Assembly (NCBI GenBank): GCA_028339975.1
Contig: JAOLDG010000002.1
Coordinates: forward strand, 8,302-72,301
Direction: 5' to 3'
DNA: 64,000 nucleotides
Origin: Hyphomicrobiales bacterium
Lineage (GTDB): Bacteria > Pseudomonadota > Alphaproteobacteria > MED-G09
Shown here piece after piece: positions 51,874 through 62,480 of the stretch. Every line of letters begins with the position of its first letter. Position 1 is the stretch's first letter. The notes below the pieces were generated by a model that searched no databases, was not told the origin of the DNA, and saw nothing but the letters and a program-made list of their open reading frames with translations. Made by a program: the position numbers and the translations under genes.

Positions 51874-52590
51874 ATGTCAAATGTTCGTTATAAGCGAATT
51901 CTTTTAAAAATTTCAGGAGAATCCTTAATGGGTAACGATTCTTATGGTATTGATGTTAAGACCGTTGATAGAATTGCTTCTGAAATATCTCAGGCCTGTG
52001 ATCTAGGAATACAGCTTTGTTTAGTTATCGGCGGTGGAAATATATTCAGAGGCCTAGCAGGCTCTGCAAAGGGAATGGACAGGACCAGTGCTGATTATAT
52101 GGGAATGCTTGCAACTGTTATGAACGCTCTGGCAATGCAAAACTCACTAGAAAGACTAGGTGTTCAAACTAGAGTTCAGTCTGCTATTCCAATGACTTCT
52201 GTTTGTGAGTCATATACTAGGCGAAGAGCTATAAGGCATATGGAAAAAAACCGAGTAGTAATATTTGCTGCCGGAACTGGAAATCCATACTTTACAACAG
52301 ACACTGCAGCCGCTTTAAGAGCTAGCGAGATGGCATGTGAGGCATTATTCAAGGGTACAAAAGTTGATGGTGTTTATTCAAAAGATCCAATTCAATATAA
52401 GGATGCTGTAAAATATAAAAATATTTCTTTTCAAGATGTATTAACTAAAAATTTAAAAGTACTTGATGCTTCGGCAATTTCTTTAGCAAGAGATAATGAC
52501 ATACCTGTAATTGTTTTTTCTATTACAGAAAAAGATTCCTTCTTAAAGGTCTTGAATGGTAATACTGAATCTTCAACAATTATTAATTAA
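51874..52590 (+). CDS. pyrH: UMP kinase
   Basis: 238 aa amino-acid-kinase fold with the motifs LLKISGESL and GGGNIFRG. Confidence 0.93.
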   Translation: MSNVRYKRILLKISGESLMGNDSYGIDVKTVDRIASEISQACDLGIQLCLVIGGGNIFRGLAGSAKGMDRTSADYMGMLATVMNALAMQNSLERLGVQTRVQSAIPMTSVCESYTRRRAIRHMEKNRVVIFAAGTGNPYFTTDTAAALRASEMACEALFKGTKVDGVYSKDPIQYKDAVKYKNISFQDVLTKNLKVLDASAISLARDNDIPVIVFSITEKDSFLKVLNGNTESSTIIN

Positions 52591-52605
52591 CTACGAGAGA
52601 AAAAA

Positions 52606-53166
52606 TTGACTGAAAAACTTAATATAGATGATCTAAAGAGAAGAATGGAGGGCGCTATTACCGCCTTCTCACATGACCTGGCTGGCTTAAGAACTGGAAG
52701 GGCTTCAGCAACTATGATTGATCATATAAGTGTCGATGCATATGGATCTAAAATGCCTATTGAGCAAGTAGGAACTATATCAGTTCCTGAAGCTCGAACT
52801 ATATCGATACAGGTTTGGGATAAGGGTCTTGTAATTTCAGTAGAAAAAGCAATACAAGACGCTGGCTTGGGTCTTAATCCACAATCTGATGGACAGCTAA
52901 TTCGTATTCCTGTTCCTGAACTAAATGAAGAAAGGCGTCAAGAGCTTATCAAGATAGCAGGTAAGTATACAGAACAATCAAAAATTGCTGTAAGAAATAT
53001 TAGAAGGGACGGAATGGACTCTATAAAAGGTATGGAGAAAAACTCTCAAATTGGAAAAGATGATGGAGTTTCTTTATCTTCAGATGTCCAAGACTTAACT
53101 GATAACTATACAAAAAAAATTGATGAAATTTTGCTCAATAAAGAAAAAGAAATTAAACAAGTATAA
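52606..53166 (+). CDS. frr: Ribosome recycling factor (TTG start)
   Basis: 186 aa. It aligns with Frr across the N-terminus (RMEGAITAFSHDLAGLRTGRAS). The only in-frame start upstream of this conserved region is TTG at 52606. Confidence 0.9.
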   Translation: MTEKLNIDDLKRRMEGAITAFSHDLAGLRTGRASATMIDHISVDAYGSKMPIEQVGTISVPEARTISIQVWDKGLVISVEKAIQDAGLGLNPQSDGQLIRIPVPELNEERRQELIKIAGKYTEQSKIAVRNIRRDGMDSIKGMEKNSQIGKDDGVSLSSDVQDLTDNYTKKIDEILLNKEKEIKQV

Positions 53167-53172
53167 TTTTTT

Positions 53173-53919
53173 ATGAAACCTTCTGAAAAAAAAGAAAACA
53201 CCCTATCCCATTTAGCAATTATTATGGATGGAAACGGGAGATGGTCTGAGCAAAAAGGATTACCAAGAGAGAACGGTCACAAGGAGGGGGTTAAATCACT
53301 AAGAAAGCTTTTAAGATACATTGATGATTTTAAAATACCATATTTAACTGTTTTTAGTTTTTCTACTGATAATTGGAAAAGACCAAAATCTGAAATTTCG
53401 AACTTAATGAATCTTTTAAGAAAGTTTATCCAAACTGACCTAATTGAGCTTCATAATAATAATGTGAAATTAAGAGTTATTGGAAATCGCGATGGTATAC
53501 CAAAAGATGTTGTAAGACTGATAAATTCTTCTGAATACTTAACAAGGGATAATGATGGCTTGTACTTGCAAATAGCATTTAATTATAGTGGTCGTGATGA
53601 AATTGTTAATGCTGTAAAAAAAATTGGAGCTTCTATAAAATCTGGAGATATTGACCCCTACAATATTAATGAAGAAATTATTAATAGTAATTTATTTACA
53701 GCCGGACTTCCTGAACCTGATTTATTAATAAGAACTGGTTCTGAAAAAAGAATATCAAACTTTTTACTTTGGCAGTTGGCTTATACAGAAATTTATTTTG
53801 AAAAAACACTGTGGCCTGACTTTAATAAAAACCTTTTATCCGAAGCTATTAATGATTTTAATATTAGATATAGAAGATATGGAAGAATCGACGAGAGGGT
53901 AAAAAATGACTCTACCTGA
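53173..53919 (+). CDS. uppS: Undecaprenyl-diphosphate synthase (cis-prenyltransferase)
   Basis: 248 aa with the motifs HLAIIMDGNGRW and the catalytic RTGSEKRISNFLLWQ. Confidence 0.93.
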   Translation: MKPSEKKENTLSHLAIIMDGNGRWSEQKGLPRENGHKEGVKSLRKLLRYIDDFKIPYLTVFSFSTDNWKRPKSEISNLMNLLRKFIQTDLIELHNNNVKLRVIGNRDGIPKDVVRLINSSEYLTRDNDGLYLQIAFNYSGRDEIVNAVKKIGASIKSGDIDPYNINEEIINSNLFTAGLPEPDLLIRTGSEKRISNFLLWQLAYTEIYFEKTLWPDFNKNLLSEAINDFNIRYRRYGRIDERVKNDST

Positions 53920-54721
53920 AGATTTTACAACAAGAATGATATCAGCAATTTTATTATTGTTTGTTTTTTTTATTCCATTAATCAATGGAGAAATTTTTTT
54001 TAAGACTCTTTTAATTTTTGTATCACCTATTATTTTATTTGAGTGGATGAGGATGGCTTCAAAAAGGTTTTGGATTTTTCGAGGATTAATAGCCTCCTTA
54101 GGTCTTTGTATTATTTTATCACTTTCTTATGTTGGATCTTTATCTGTTTTAATATTCCTTCTCACTTTTTTGTTTATTTGTATTCTAGGGAAATTAACCA
54201 ATAGTGCTTTTAAGCTATCTGCTTTTGGTTTTGTTTATATATCGTCAGCTGTTTTATCAATCCTTTGGCTTAGAGATTCTAGCGAAGGATTGATATCTTT
54301 AATAATTATTTTTTCATCAATTATAGTTAGTGACGTAAGCGCATACCTTTTGGGTAATTGGTTTGGTGGGCCTAAGTTATTTAAAGTAATATCTCCAAAC
54401 AAAACTTTATCAGGATTCATCGGTGCAATTGTTTTTGGCACCGGATGGTTCAGTTTATTAATTTTATTTTTTTCTGGTAGCTCCGATATTAAATTTATTT
54501 TAATAGGACTTGCAATTGTTATTACTTCAATTTTTGGAGATTTATTTATTTCTTTTTTAAAAAGAAAAGCAGAAATAAAAGACACAAGCTTTCTTTTGCC
54601 TGGACATGGGGGCTTGCTGGATAGGGCTGATAGCATTCTCCCTGTTTTTATTTTAGTTCCTATTTTAGTAATCTTATTTGGTTTTATAGAAGATCCATCT
54701 TTGTTATTTATGGGTTGGTAG
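53906..54721 (+). CDS. cdsA: Phosphatidate cytidylyltransferase
   Basis: 271 aa polytopic membrane protein with the CdsA C-terminal signature (SFLKRKAEIKDTSFLLPGHGGLLDRADS). Confidence 0.9.
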   Translation: MTLPEDFTTRMISAILLLFVFFIPLINGEIFFKTLLIFVSPIILFEWMRMASKRFWIFRGLIASLGLCIILSLSYVGSLSVLIFLLTFLFICILGKLTNSAFKLSAFGFVYISSAVLSILWLRDSSEGLISLIIIFSSIIVSDVSAYLLGNWFGGPKLFKVISPNKTLSGFIGAIVFGTGWFSLLILFFSGSSDIKFILIGLAIVITSIFGDLFISFLKRKAEIKDTSFLLPGHGGLLDRADSILPVFILVPILVILFGFIEDPSLLFMGW

Positions 54722-54722
54722 G

Positions 54723-55889
54723 GTGAAAAAAAAATCTATTTCAATTTTTGGAGTAACGGGATCAGTAGGTTCAAGTACTTTAGAGTTATTAAGGCAAAGA
54801 AAAAATGAATTTGATGTCGTTGCTATAACTTGCAATAAAAATATAGATTTACTATTGGAGTTATCAAGAGAGTTTAGCCCCAAGGCACTATGTGTTGCAG
54901 ATGAAAATTATTATTTAGACTTAAAAGAAAAAGCTGGAAAAAATATTGAATGTTTTGGAGGAAGTGAAGGGCTAAAAGACATTGCCAATTATAGAACTGA
55001 TATAGTAGTGGCCTCAATCGTTGGTCTTGCTGGGCTAGAGCCTTTATTAAACTCTATCAAAAATTCAAGTATAATTGCTTTAGCAAATAAGGAATGTGTT
55101 GTTGCTGCAGGCTCATTGATAAAAAAACAAACAAAAATAAATGATTGCCAAATAATCCCTATTGATAGTGAGCATAATGCAATTTTTCAAATTTTAGATG
55201 GAAAGCCTATTGAGGATGTTAGTAAAATATTTTTAACGGCATCAGGAGGACCTTTTCATGGCCTTAATCAGGATGAGCTTGGGAAGGTTACTCCAGAGCA
55301 AGCGATTAAACATCCTGTATGGAATATGGGTAAGAAAATTTCAGTGGATTCAGCAACACTTATGAATAAAGGTCTGGAAATAATAGAGGCCCATCATTTA
55401 TTTTCTCTTGAAAGTAAAAAAATTCAAGTAATAATTCACAAGCAGTCAATTATCCATGGTCTAACCTTAATGAAAAATGGAGCTTTGCTAGGTTATTTTG
55501 GAAAGCCAAGTATGTTAAACCCTATTGATCATGCGCTATCATGGCCAGTCTGTAAAAATAATGATATCGACCCTATCTCTATTGAAGATTTAAACAATTT
55601 GAGTGTTGAGAGCGTTTCAGATGAAGACTTTAAGTCTATTTACCTTTCTAGGTATGCTCTTGAAAAGGGAGGTTTTTATCCTATTTTCTTAAATGCTTCT
55701 AATGAAGTTGCTGTTAATGCCTTTTTAGAAAATAAAATAAAGTTTTTAGATATTCCAGATGTAATTGAGAAAGTTATAGAGGAAATTGGACATTCTAGTA
55801 ATAAATCATTAGAAACTATGGGTAACATTGAAGAAATTGTAACGGCAGATACTGAAGCAAGAATTAAGACTTTGGAAATTATAGGATAG
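54723..55889 (+). CDS. dxr: 1-deoxy-D-xylulose 5-phosphate reductoisomerase (GTG start)
   Basis: 388 aa with NADPH-binding GVTGSVGSST and Dxr core motifs (LANKECVVAAG, DSEHNAIFQ, NKGLEIIEAHHLF). Confidence 0.92.
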   Translation: MKKKSISIFGVTGSVGSSTLELLRQRKNEFDVVAITCNKNIDLLLELSREFSPKALCVADENYYLDLKEKAGKNIECFGGSEGLKDIANYRTDIVVASIVGLAGLEPLLNSIKNSSIIALANKECVVAAGSLIKKQTKINDCQIIPIDSEHNAIFQILDGKPIEDVSKIFLTASGGPFHGLNQDELGKVTPEQAIKHPVWNMGKKISVDSATLMNKGLEIIEAHHLFSLESKKIQVIIHKQSIIHGLTLMKNGALLGYFGKPSMLNPIDHALSWPVCKNNDIDPISIEDLNNLSVESVSDEDFKSIYLSRYALEKGGFYPIFLNASNEVAVNAFLENKIKFLDIPDVIEKVIEEIGHSSNKSLETMGNIEEIVTADTEARIKTLEIIG

Positions 55890-55899
55890 GGATTTTAGT

Positions 55900-57021
55900 A
55901 TGGAGCAACTATTTAGTTTATTAGGTTATATTCCTTCAATGATGCAGTATATTCTGGCATTCTCCTTTCTTATTACTGTTGTTGTTTTTGTTCATGAGAT
56001 GGGACATTACCTTGTTGGCAAGTGGTGCGGCATAGGTGTGGAGACATTTTCTATAGGAATGGGAAAACAACTATGGGGCAGGTATGATAAGTCAGGGACT
56101 TTATGGCGAATAGCGTTATTTCCTGTTGGGGGTTATGTAAAGTTCAAAGGTGATGAAGATTTATCTGGTAAAAAAGATTTATCTTCTTCGGTAAATGATT
56201 CAGAAAATTTCCATTCAAAATCTGTGTGGCAGAAAATTGCAACAACAGCCGCGGGTCCAATTTTTAATTTTATTTTAGCTATTTTTATTTTTGCGGCAAT
56301 TTTTGTCTTTCGTGGTGAAACAATTGTCGAGCCCTATGTCAGCCAAGTAGTAAAAGATTCGGCGGCATCAAAAGCAGGAATAAAGGAAGGAGATTTTATT
56401 ATCTCAATTAATGGGTCTGACATAGATTCATTTAATGATATTCGAAATATTGTTTTAGAGAATCCTGAAAAAAAATTAGACTTAATTGTCACAAGAAATA
56501 ATGAAGAAATTTCCCTTAATGTTCAGCCAAGCATTGTTATAGAAAAAGACCGATTTGGAAGTGAATATAAAATAGGTAGAATTGGAATTATTGCTGAGCA
56601 AGATCCCTCGTTTTTTCAAAAGAAAAAATATAATATTTTTTCTGGAATATACAGAGGTACTCAAGAGACATTTTTCCTTGCGTCAAAAATTCTTGACTAT
56701 CTAGGAAAGCTTATTATCGGAAGAGAATCTGTTGATCAAATGGGCGGTCCAATAAAAATTGTTCAAATTTCTGGTCAAGTTGCCGAGTATGGTTTTATTC
56801 CTTTACTTGGATTAATTGCAGCCATATCAGTTAATCTAGGCGTAATAAATTTATTACCTATACCAGTCCTTGATGGAGGTCATTTATTATTTTATATGTA
56901 CGAGGTAGTTTTTGGAAAACCTGTTAATCAGAAAGTTCAAGAATATGGTATGCAGATAGGGGTTAGCCTTTTAATTGCCCTTATGGTTTTTGTTACTATT
57001 CTTGATATAAGTCGTTTATAA
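55900..57021 (+). CDS. rseP: Zinc metalloprotease RseP (site-2 protease family, M50)
   Basis: 373 aa with an HEMGH zinc motif in the first transmembrane segment, a PDZ domain, and a C-terminal LDGGH motif. Confidence 0.9.
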   Translation: MEQLFSLLGYIPSMMQYILAFSFLITVVVFVHEMGHYLVGKWCGIGVETFSIGMGKQLWGRYDKSGTLWRIALFPVGGYVKFKGDEDLSGKKDLSSSVNDSENFHSKSVWQKIATTAAGPIFNFILAIFIFAAIFVFRGETIVEPYVSQVVKDSAASKAGIKEGDFIISINGSDIDSFNDIRNIVLENPEKKLDLIVTRNNEEISLNVQPSIVIEKDRFGSEYKIGRIGIIAEQDPSFFQKKKYNIFSGIYRGTQETFFLASKILDYLGKLIIGRESVDQMGGPIKIVQISGQVAEYGFIPLLGLIAAISVNLGVINLLPIPVLDGGHLLFYMYEVVFGKPVNQKVQEYGMQIGVSLLIALMVFVTILDISRL

Positions 57022-57049
57022 ATTTCAGCACTATTTCTCTAGGGATAAA

Positions 57050-59512
57050 ATGAATAAATATCAAAATTTAATATTTATAGTATTTGCATTCTTTTTGCTC
57101 AGCTACCCTATTTATTCTCAAGATATCGAGGAGACTAATGTTGATACTCCTTTGGTTCAAAGTTTTGAAAGAATCCTTTTTGTTGAAGTCAAAGGTTCAC
57201 AAAGAATAGAACCTGATACTATACGATCCTATATGACGATTCGACCTGGTGACCTTTATAGCGAAGAAATAGTTGATCAATCTCTAAAAATTCTTTTTAA
57301 TACTGGTTTATTTGCTGATGTTGCAATTCGATACGAGAAATCTGGATTAATAGTTTTTGTAGTCGAAAATCCTATTATAAATAGAGTTGATTTTGAGGGT
57401 AATAAGGCACTCAAGACTGATAAATTTGAAGAAGAGGTGGAGCTAAGTCCTCGTTCTGTTTATACTAGATCAAAAGTTCAAGCTGATGTTCAAAGGTTAG
57501 TTGAACTTTACAGGCGATCTGGAAGATTTTCCTCTATAATTGAGCCGAAGGTAATACGGCAGCCTCAAAATCGAGTTGATTTAATTTTTGAAATAACCGA
57601 AGGACCTACAACAGGAGTTTCATCAATAAACTTTCTAGGCAATAAGGAATTTAAAGATAGGAAATTAAAAGGTAAGTTGGTTACAAAAGAATCTCGCTGG
57701 TGGAAATTCTTTTCATCGGATGACTCATACGACCCTGATAAGCTTGCGTATGACAGAGAGGAGTTAAGAAAATTTTATTTAGACGAGGGTTTTGCAGATT
57801 TTCAGGTCATTTCTGCAGTTGCTGAGTTAGCCCAAGATGGCTCTAACTTTATTATTACCTATGTTCTTGACGAAGGGCGTGAATATGAGTTTGGTGAAGC
57901 AAGCATAACAAGCACTCTTCCTAACATGGACACAAATGATCTACTTCCTTTAATTGATCATAGAAAGGGAAATATTTATAAAGCCACACAAATAGACTCT
58001 TCAATAGATCAAATCACATTAGCTGTTGGCGAGGATGGATATGCTTCTGCGGAAGTTAGGCCTAGAGTAAAAAGAAATAAAGAAGAGGGTATTATTGATA
58101 TTGTTTATTCAATTGAAGAAGGTCCTAGGGTTTATGTTGAAAAAGTCAATATCAATCAAAACTCAAGAACTCGCGATGAAGTCATAAGAAGAGAGCTTAG
58201 AGTTCTTGAAGGTGATTCCTATAATAAAGTTTTAATTGATAGATCTGAAACTAAAATTAAAGGCTTAGGTTATTTTAAAGAGGTCGATGTCAGTGTTCGC
58301 CCCGGATCTATAGAAGATAGAATGATAATTGATTTTAACGTTGAGGAGCAGCCTACGGGTGAGCTCTCAGTTGGCGCAGGCTTTTCATCTGCTGAGAGTC
58401 TTCTTTTGGAAATAGGGATATCTGAAAGAAACCTTTTGGGTCGCGGTCAGTCAGTTAAATTAAATATTGCTAACTCAGAAAGAAGAAAGCAATTTGAAAT
58501 TGGTTTTACACAACCATACTTTTTAGGAAGAAGGTTGTCGGCAGGATTTGATATATTCCATATTGATAATGATTATAGGCGTTATTCTTCTTATAGATCC
58601 ATGCAATCAGGAGCATCGTTGAGAGCCGTTTTTCCTATGTCAGACTTTTCAAGTCTTCAGATTTTTTATAGATATTTTCAGGAAGAAATTTCTAGTTATA
58701 ATTTCGATAGCGGTTACAATTTAGCTGATGATTATAACGCTGATAAATCAGAATTTGGTTATAGTTATGCCGTAGATACTAGGGATGATTATATTGATCC
58801 CACATCAGGCTGGACCTTTTCTTTTGGACAAGACCTGGCTGGTTTATTAGGAGATTCTGAATACCTAAGAACTACTGCAGGCGGAAAATATTATTATGAA
58901 ATTGCACAAAATTGGATTGTCAATGTAGGTGCTAACGCTGGTTATATTTACAATTATTCTGATAAAAATTTAAGAATTAATGATAGATTTTTTAAGGGTG
59001 GTACTACTTTTAGAGGATTTGACAGAGCGGGCGTTGGTCCAAAGGAGATAATTACTGACAGACCGCGCGGTGCAGAGTTTTTTGCCATTGGCACGATTGA
59101 GTTAACAATACCTCTTGGTCTACCCGACGAATTTGGATTAAAAACAGCTCTGTTTAGTGATTTTGGTGTTCTTGGTAAAAATGATGACACAGATAGAGTA
59201 TTGAATAACTTTCAAGCACAAGAGCTTCTATCTGACCCCGCTGGTATGTATTATGATCCTTCGGCTTTATTAAACAAAGATTATGGCGCTATCAATAATG
59301 CTTGTGGTCTTGATGGGGCGGGTATGAATGAAAAATACGGTACTCTTTGTACACAGTTTGTTGATGATGCATCCTTCAGGGCAACAATAGGAATAACGTT
59401 AAATTGGAACTCACCATTTGGTCCAATTCGTTTTGATGTTGGGCGTGCAGTGGCCAGTGAAGATTATGATGATGCCAAATTCTTTAGATTTAGTGGCGGT
59501 ACTAGATTTTAA
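57050..59512 (+). CDS. bamA: Outer membrane protein assembly factor BamA (Omp85)
   Basis: 820 aa with a signal peptide, five POTRA repeats and a C-terminal 16-strand beta-barrel ending with an aromatic residue (RF). Confidence 0.93.
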   Translation: MNKYQNLIFIVFAFFLLSYPIYSQDIEETNVDTPLVQSFERILFVEVKGSQRIEPDTIRSYMTIRPGDLYSEEIVDQSLKILFNTGLFADVAIRYEKSGLIVFVVENPIINRVDFEGNKALKTDKFEEEVELSPRSVYTRSKVQADVQRLVELYRRSGRFSSIIEPKVIRQPQNRVDLIFEITEGPTTGVSSINFLGNKEFKDRKLKGKLVTKESRWWKFFSSDDSYDPDKLAYDREELRKFYLDEGFADFQVISAVAELAQDGSNFIITYVLDEGREYEFGEASITSTLPNMDTNDLLPLIDHRKGNIYKATQIDSSIDQITLAVGEDGYASAEVRPRVKRNKEEGIIDIVYSIEEGPRVYVEKVNINQNSRTRDEVIRRELRVLEGDSYNKVLIDRSETKIKGLGYFKEVDVSVRPGSIEDRMIIDFNVEEQPTGELSVGAGFSSAESLLLEIGISERNLLGRGQSVKLNIANSERRKQFEIGFTQPYFLGRRLSAGFDIFHIDNDYRRYSSYRSMQSGASLRAVFPMSDFSSLQIFYRYFQEEISSYNFDSGYNLADDYNADKSEFGYSYAVDTRDDYIDPTSGWTFSFGQDLAGLLGDSEYLRTTAGGKYYYEIAQNWIVNVGANAGYIYNYSDKNLRINDRFFKGGTTFRGFDRAGVGPKEIITDRPRGAEFFAIGTIELTIPLGLPDEFGLKTALFSDFGVLGKNDDTDRVLNNFQAQELLSDPAGMYYDPSALLNKDYGAINNACGLDGAGMNEKYGTLCTQFVDDASFRATIGITLNWNSPFGPIRFDVGRAVASEDYDDAKFFRFSGGTRF

Positions 59513-59633
59513 TTATTAAAAAGGCTAATAGAGTATCTTAATGTACTTTATTGCTAGATAGTGTATATGTTTTTGATATAATCATTAAATGAATATTTAT
59601 TTAAATTGTATCATTAAATATTTGGAGGAAAAT

Positions 59634-60173
59634 ATGAAAAAGTTATTTATCATTTTTGCGATAGCTCTTGTTGTTGGATCTTTATCTACACCTGCTAAAG
59701 CAGCTGAAGACGTATTAATTGTGAATTTACAATATGTCGTCTCTCAATCAAAATCAGGCGTCTCACTTAGAAAACAAAGTGAAGCTCTTAATAAAGAAGT
59801 AGTTGACCTTAGAGATAGTATTTCTAAAGACCTTCAAGCAAAAGGTAAAAAATTAGAAGATGATAAGACTCTTCTTGCACCTGAGGTTTTCCAAGAGAGA
59901 TTACAGGCATTACAAGCTGAAGCTGAAACAAAGCAACTTGAGCTTCAAACAAAAGTGCAAAAAATTCAGGAAGGTATTCAAAGAGCATCATCTTCAATTG
60001 ATTCAGTTATGAGCCCAATTTTACAAGAGTTAGTTAACGAAAAAGGTGCTAAAATTCTACTTGATAGACAGGCTATCTTATTTGGTGATCCTAAATTAGA
60101 TATTTCAGCTGAAGTAGTAAAAAAACTCAATAAAAGGCTTCCGGACGTAAAGATAAATATTTCTGACGAATAG
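59634..60173 (+). CDS. skp: Periplasmic chaperone Skp/OmpH. The start is placed at MKKLFIIFAIALVV; the ORF track's upstream start at 59589 is unlikely.
   Basis: About 180 aa with a signal peptide ending in AKA and a coiled-coil-rich OmpH family fold. It sits between bamA and lpxD, as is canonical. GGAGG lies 8 nt upstream of the chosen ATG. Confidence 0.85.
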   Translation: MKKLFIIFAIALVVGSLSTPAKAAEDVLIVNLQYVVSQSKSGVSLRKQSEALNKEVVDLRDSISKDLQAKGKKLEDDKTLLAPEVFQERLQALQAEAETKQLELQTKVQKIQEGIQRASSSIDSVMSPILQELVNEKGAKILLDRQAILFGDPKLDISAEVVKKLNKRLPDVKINISDE

Positions 60174-60188
60174 GAGTTTTTTTTATTA

Positions 60189-61232
60189 ATGAGTGACCCT
60201 AGATTTTTTGAAAATTCAGGACCGTTTAATTTAATAGAGATTGCTAATCTTGTTAAAGGTGAGTTATCCTGTAATGAGATCAATATCTCTATTTCAGATA
60301 TATCCTCACTCAGTTTTGCTACTAAAAATGATATATGTTTTTTTCAAGATCTTTCCTACAAGAGTGACTTGATTGAAACTAAAGCAGCAGCTTGTTTAAT
60401 TAAAGAAGAGCACAAGCATTATGCTCCTGATAGCCTTATTCTAATTTTCTCTGATGATCCTTATATGGATTTTACATTAATTTCTCAGTATTTTTATCCA
60501 GACGAAATTTCTCCAAAAAGTACTTCAAATTTTGAAAAAAGTTTATCAAAAGATGGAGTTGATCATTCTGCTATTGTCGACCCAAGTTCTACTATTGAAA
60601 AGGGTGCTGTAATTGGAGCAAATGTATCTATTGGAGAGAATTGTACTATATCTTCTAATGCAGTCATCGGAAAAGGTGTTCAAATAGGCTCTGGAAGCTT
60701 TATAGGCGCTAACGTAACAATAACACATTCAATTATAGGTGATTGTAATATAATTCATCAAGGATCATCGATAGGGCAGGATGGGTTTGGATTTGCAATG
60801 TCAGCTACTGGACATAAAAAAATACCTCAAGTAGGGCGGGTTGTAACTCAAGAAAATGTTGAAATAGGAGCTAATTGCTCCATTGACCGTGGAAGTATCC
60901 AAGATACTATAATTAAGAAAGGAACTAAAATTGATAATATGGTGCATATAGCTCATAATTGTGTAATTGGAGAAAATTGTATTATTGCTGGTATGGTAGG
61001 TCTTGCAGGATCAACTACATTAGAAGATTTTGTGGTTATGGGTGCTAAATCTGGGGCAGTTGGGCATATCACAATCGGAAGTGGTTCTCAGATTGCTGCT
61101 AAGGCTGGTGTTAGTAAAAGTCTTCCACCAGGAAAAAAATGGGCCGGTTTTCCTATAAGAGAAATGAATTTGTGGAAAAGGGACCTTTTGAGTATTAGGA
61201 AATTATCTAAGGGTAAGAAAAATGATAAATAA
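60189..61232 (+). CDS. lpxD: UDP-3-O-(3-hydroxyacyl)glucosamine N-acyltransferase
   Basis: 347 aa with left-handed beta-helix hexapeptide repeats and an LpxD N-terminal domain. Confidence 0.92.
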   Translation: MSDPRFFENSGPFNLIEIANLVKGELSCNEINISISDISSLSFATKNDICFFQDLSYKSDLIETKAAACLIKEEHKHYAPDSLILIFSDDPYMDFTLISQYFYPDEISPKSTSNFEKSLSKDGVDHSAIVDPSSTIEKGAVIGANVSIGENCTISSNAVIGKGVQIGSGSFIGANVTITHSIIGDCNIIHQGSSIGQDGFGFAMSATGHKKIPQVGRVVTQENVEIGANCSIDRGSIQDTIIKKGTKIDNMVHIAHNCVIGENCIIAGMVGLAGSTTLEDFVVMGAKSGAVGHITIGSGSQIAAKAGVSKSLPPGKKWAGFPIREMNLWKRDLLSIRKLSKGKKNDK

Positions 61233-61683
61233 AAAGAACAGTATTGATGCAAAAGAAATTCTAAATCTTATCCCCCATAGATATCCATTTCTTTTGGTTG
61301 ATAGAATTGAAGAAATTATTGTAAATCAGAGTTGTACTGGTATAAAAAATGTAACAATAAACGAACCTTTTTTCCCTGGTCATTTCCCTGGTCATCCGAT
61401 AATGCCAGGTGTTTTAATAATTGAGTCAATGGCACAAACTGCCAGCGCACTAGTAGTTTATGGATATGATGGAGATATAGAGGGATTGTCTGTTTACCTA
61501 ATGAAGGTCGATAAAGCTAAATTCCGTAAACCAGTTCTACCTGGGGATCAGCTCAGGATGGAAATAATCAAAGAAAGAAATAAGGGCGAAGTTTGGCAGT
61601 TTTTTGGAAAAGCTTTTGTCGATGATAAGCTTGTCGCTGAAGCAAGTATTACAGCAATGGTTGTAAAATTAGGTGAGAAATAA
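61222..61683 (+). CDS. fabZ: 3-hydroxyacyl-ACP dehydratase FabZ
   Basis: 153 aa hot-dog fold with the motifs LPHRYPFLLVDRI and the catalytic His in FFPGHFPGHPIMPGVL. Confidence 0.93.
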   Translation: MINKKNSIDAKEILNLIPHRYPFLLVDRIEEIIVNQSCTGIKNVTINEPFFPGHFPGHPIMPGVLIIESMAQTASALVVYGYDGDIEGLSVYLMKVDKAKFRKPVLPGDQLRMEIIKERNKGEVWQFFGKAFVDDKLVAEASITAMVVKLGEK

Positions 61684-61685
61684 AA

Positions 61686-62477
61686 ATGAGCTTAATTCAT
61701 CCTACAGCAATAATAAATTCTTCTGCTAAAATAGATAAAAGTGCTCAAATTGGACCTTATTGTATCATTGGCGAAAATGTTATAATTGAAAAAAATGTTA
61801 TTCTTTTATCAAATGTTGTTATTTCTGGACGAACAACTGTTGGCGAAGGAACAAAAGTTTGGCCATTCACAGTTTTGGGTGGCGAGCCTCAAGATCTTAA
61901 ATTTGATGGCGAGGATGGTTCATTAGTAATTGGAAAAAACAATAGCATAAGGGAGCATGTGACGATGCACTTCGGAACTGAAGCCGGAGGATTAGAAACA
62001 ACCATAGGTGATAATAATTTATTTATGGCAGGTTCGCATGTTGCACATGATTGTTTGATTGGAAATAATTGTGTTTTTGCTAACAATGTAATGCTTGCAG
62101 GCCATGTTATAGTGGGTGATTTTGCAATTCTTGGTGGCCTTTCGGCGGTTCATCAGTGGACGAGAATTGGATCTTACTCCTTTTTGGGAGGCTTTTCAGC
62201 TTTAACAAAAGACTTGATCCCATTTGGTTTAGCTATAGGTAATCGCGCTGTTTTAGAAGGTTTAAATTTAACTGGATTAAGAAGAAGAAATTTTGATAGT
62301 TCTGAAATTAAAAAAGTAAAAGAAGCATATTCTATTTTATTTGAATCAAGTGAAACTGAATTTAAAAAAAGAGTTATTTTATTAAAGGATTCAAAAATTC
62401 AATCAACTGTTGTTAATGATATAATTGATTTTGTTAGTCAGAAGGGTAACAGAAGTTACTGTTTACCAGAAAGTTAA
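61686..62477 (+). CDS. lpxA: Acyl-ACP--UDP-N-acetylglucosamine O-acyltransferase
   Basis: 263 aa with hexapeptide repeats and an LpxA C-terminal helical domain. Confidence 0.93.
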   Translation: MSLIHPTAIINSSAKIDKSAQIGPYCIIGENVIIEKNVILLSNVVISGRTTVGEGTKVWPFTVLGGEPQDLKFDGEDGSLVIGKNNSIREHVTMHFGTEAGGLETTIGDNNLFMAGSHVAHDCLIGNNCVFANNVMLAGHVIVGDFAILGGLSAVHQWTRIGSYSFLGGFSALTKDLIPFGLAIGNRAVLEGLNLTGLRRRNFDSSEIKKVKEAYSILFESSETEFKKRVILLKDSKIQSTVVNDIIDFVSQKGNRSYCLPES

Positions 62478-62480
62478 ATT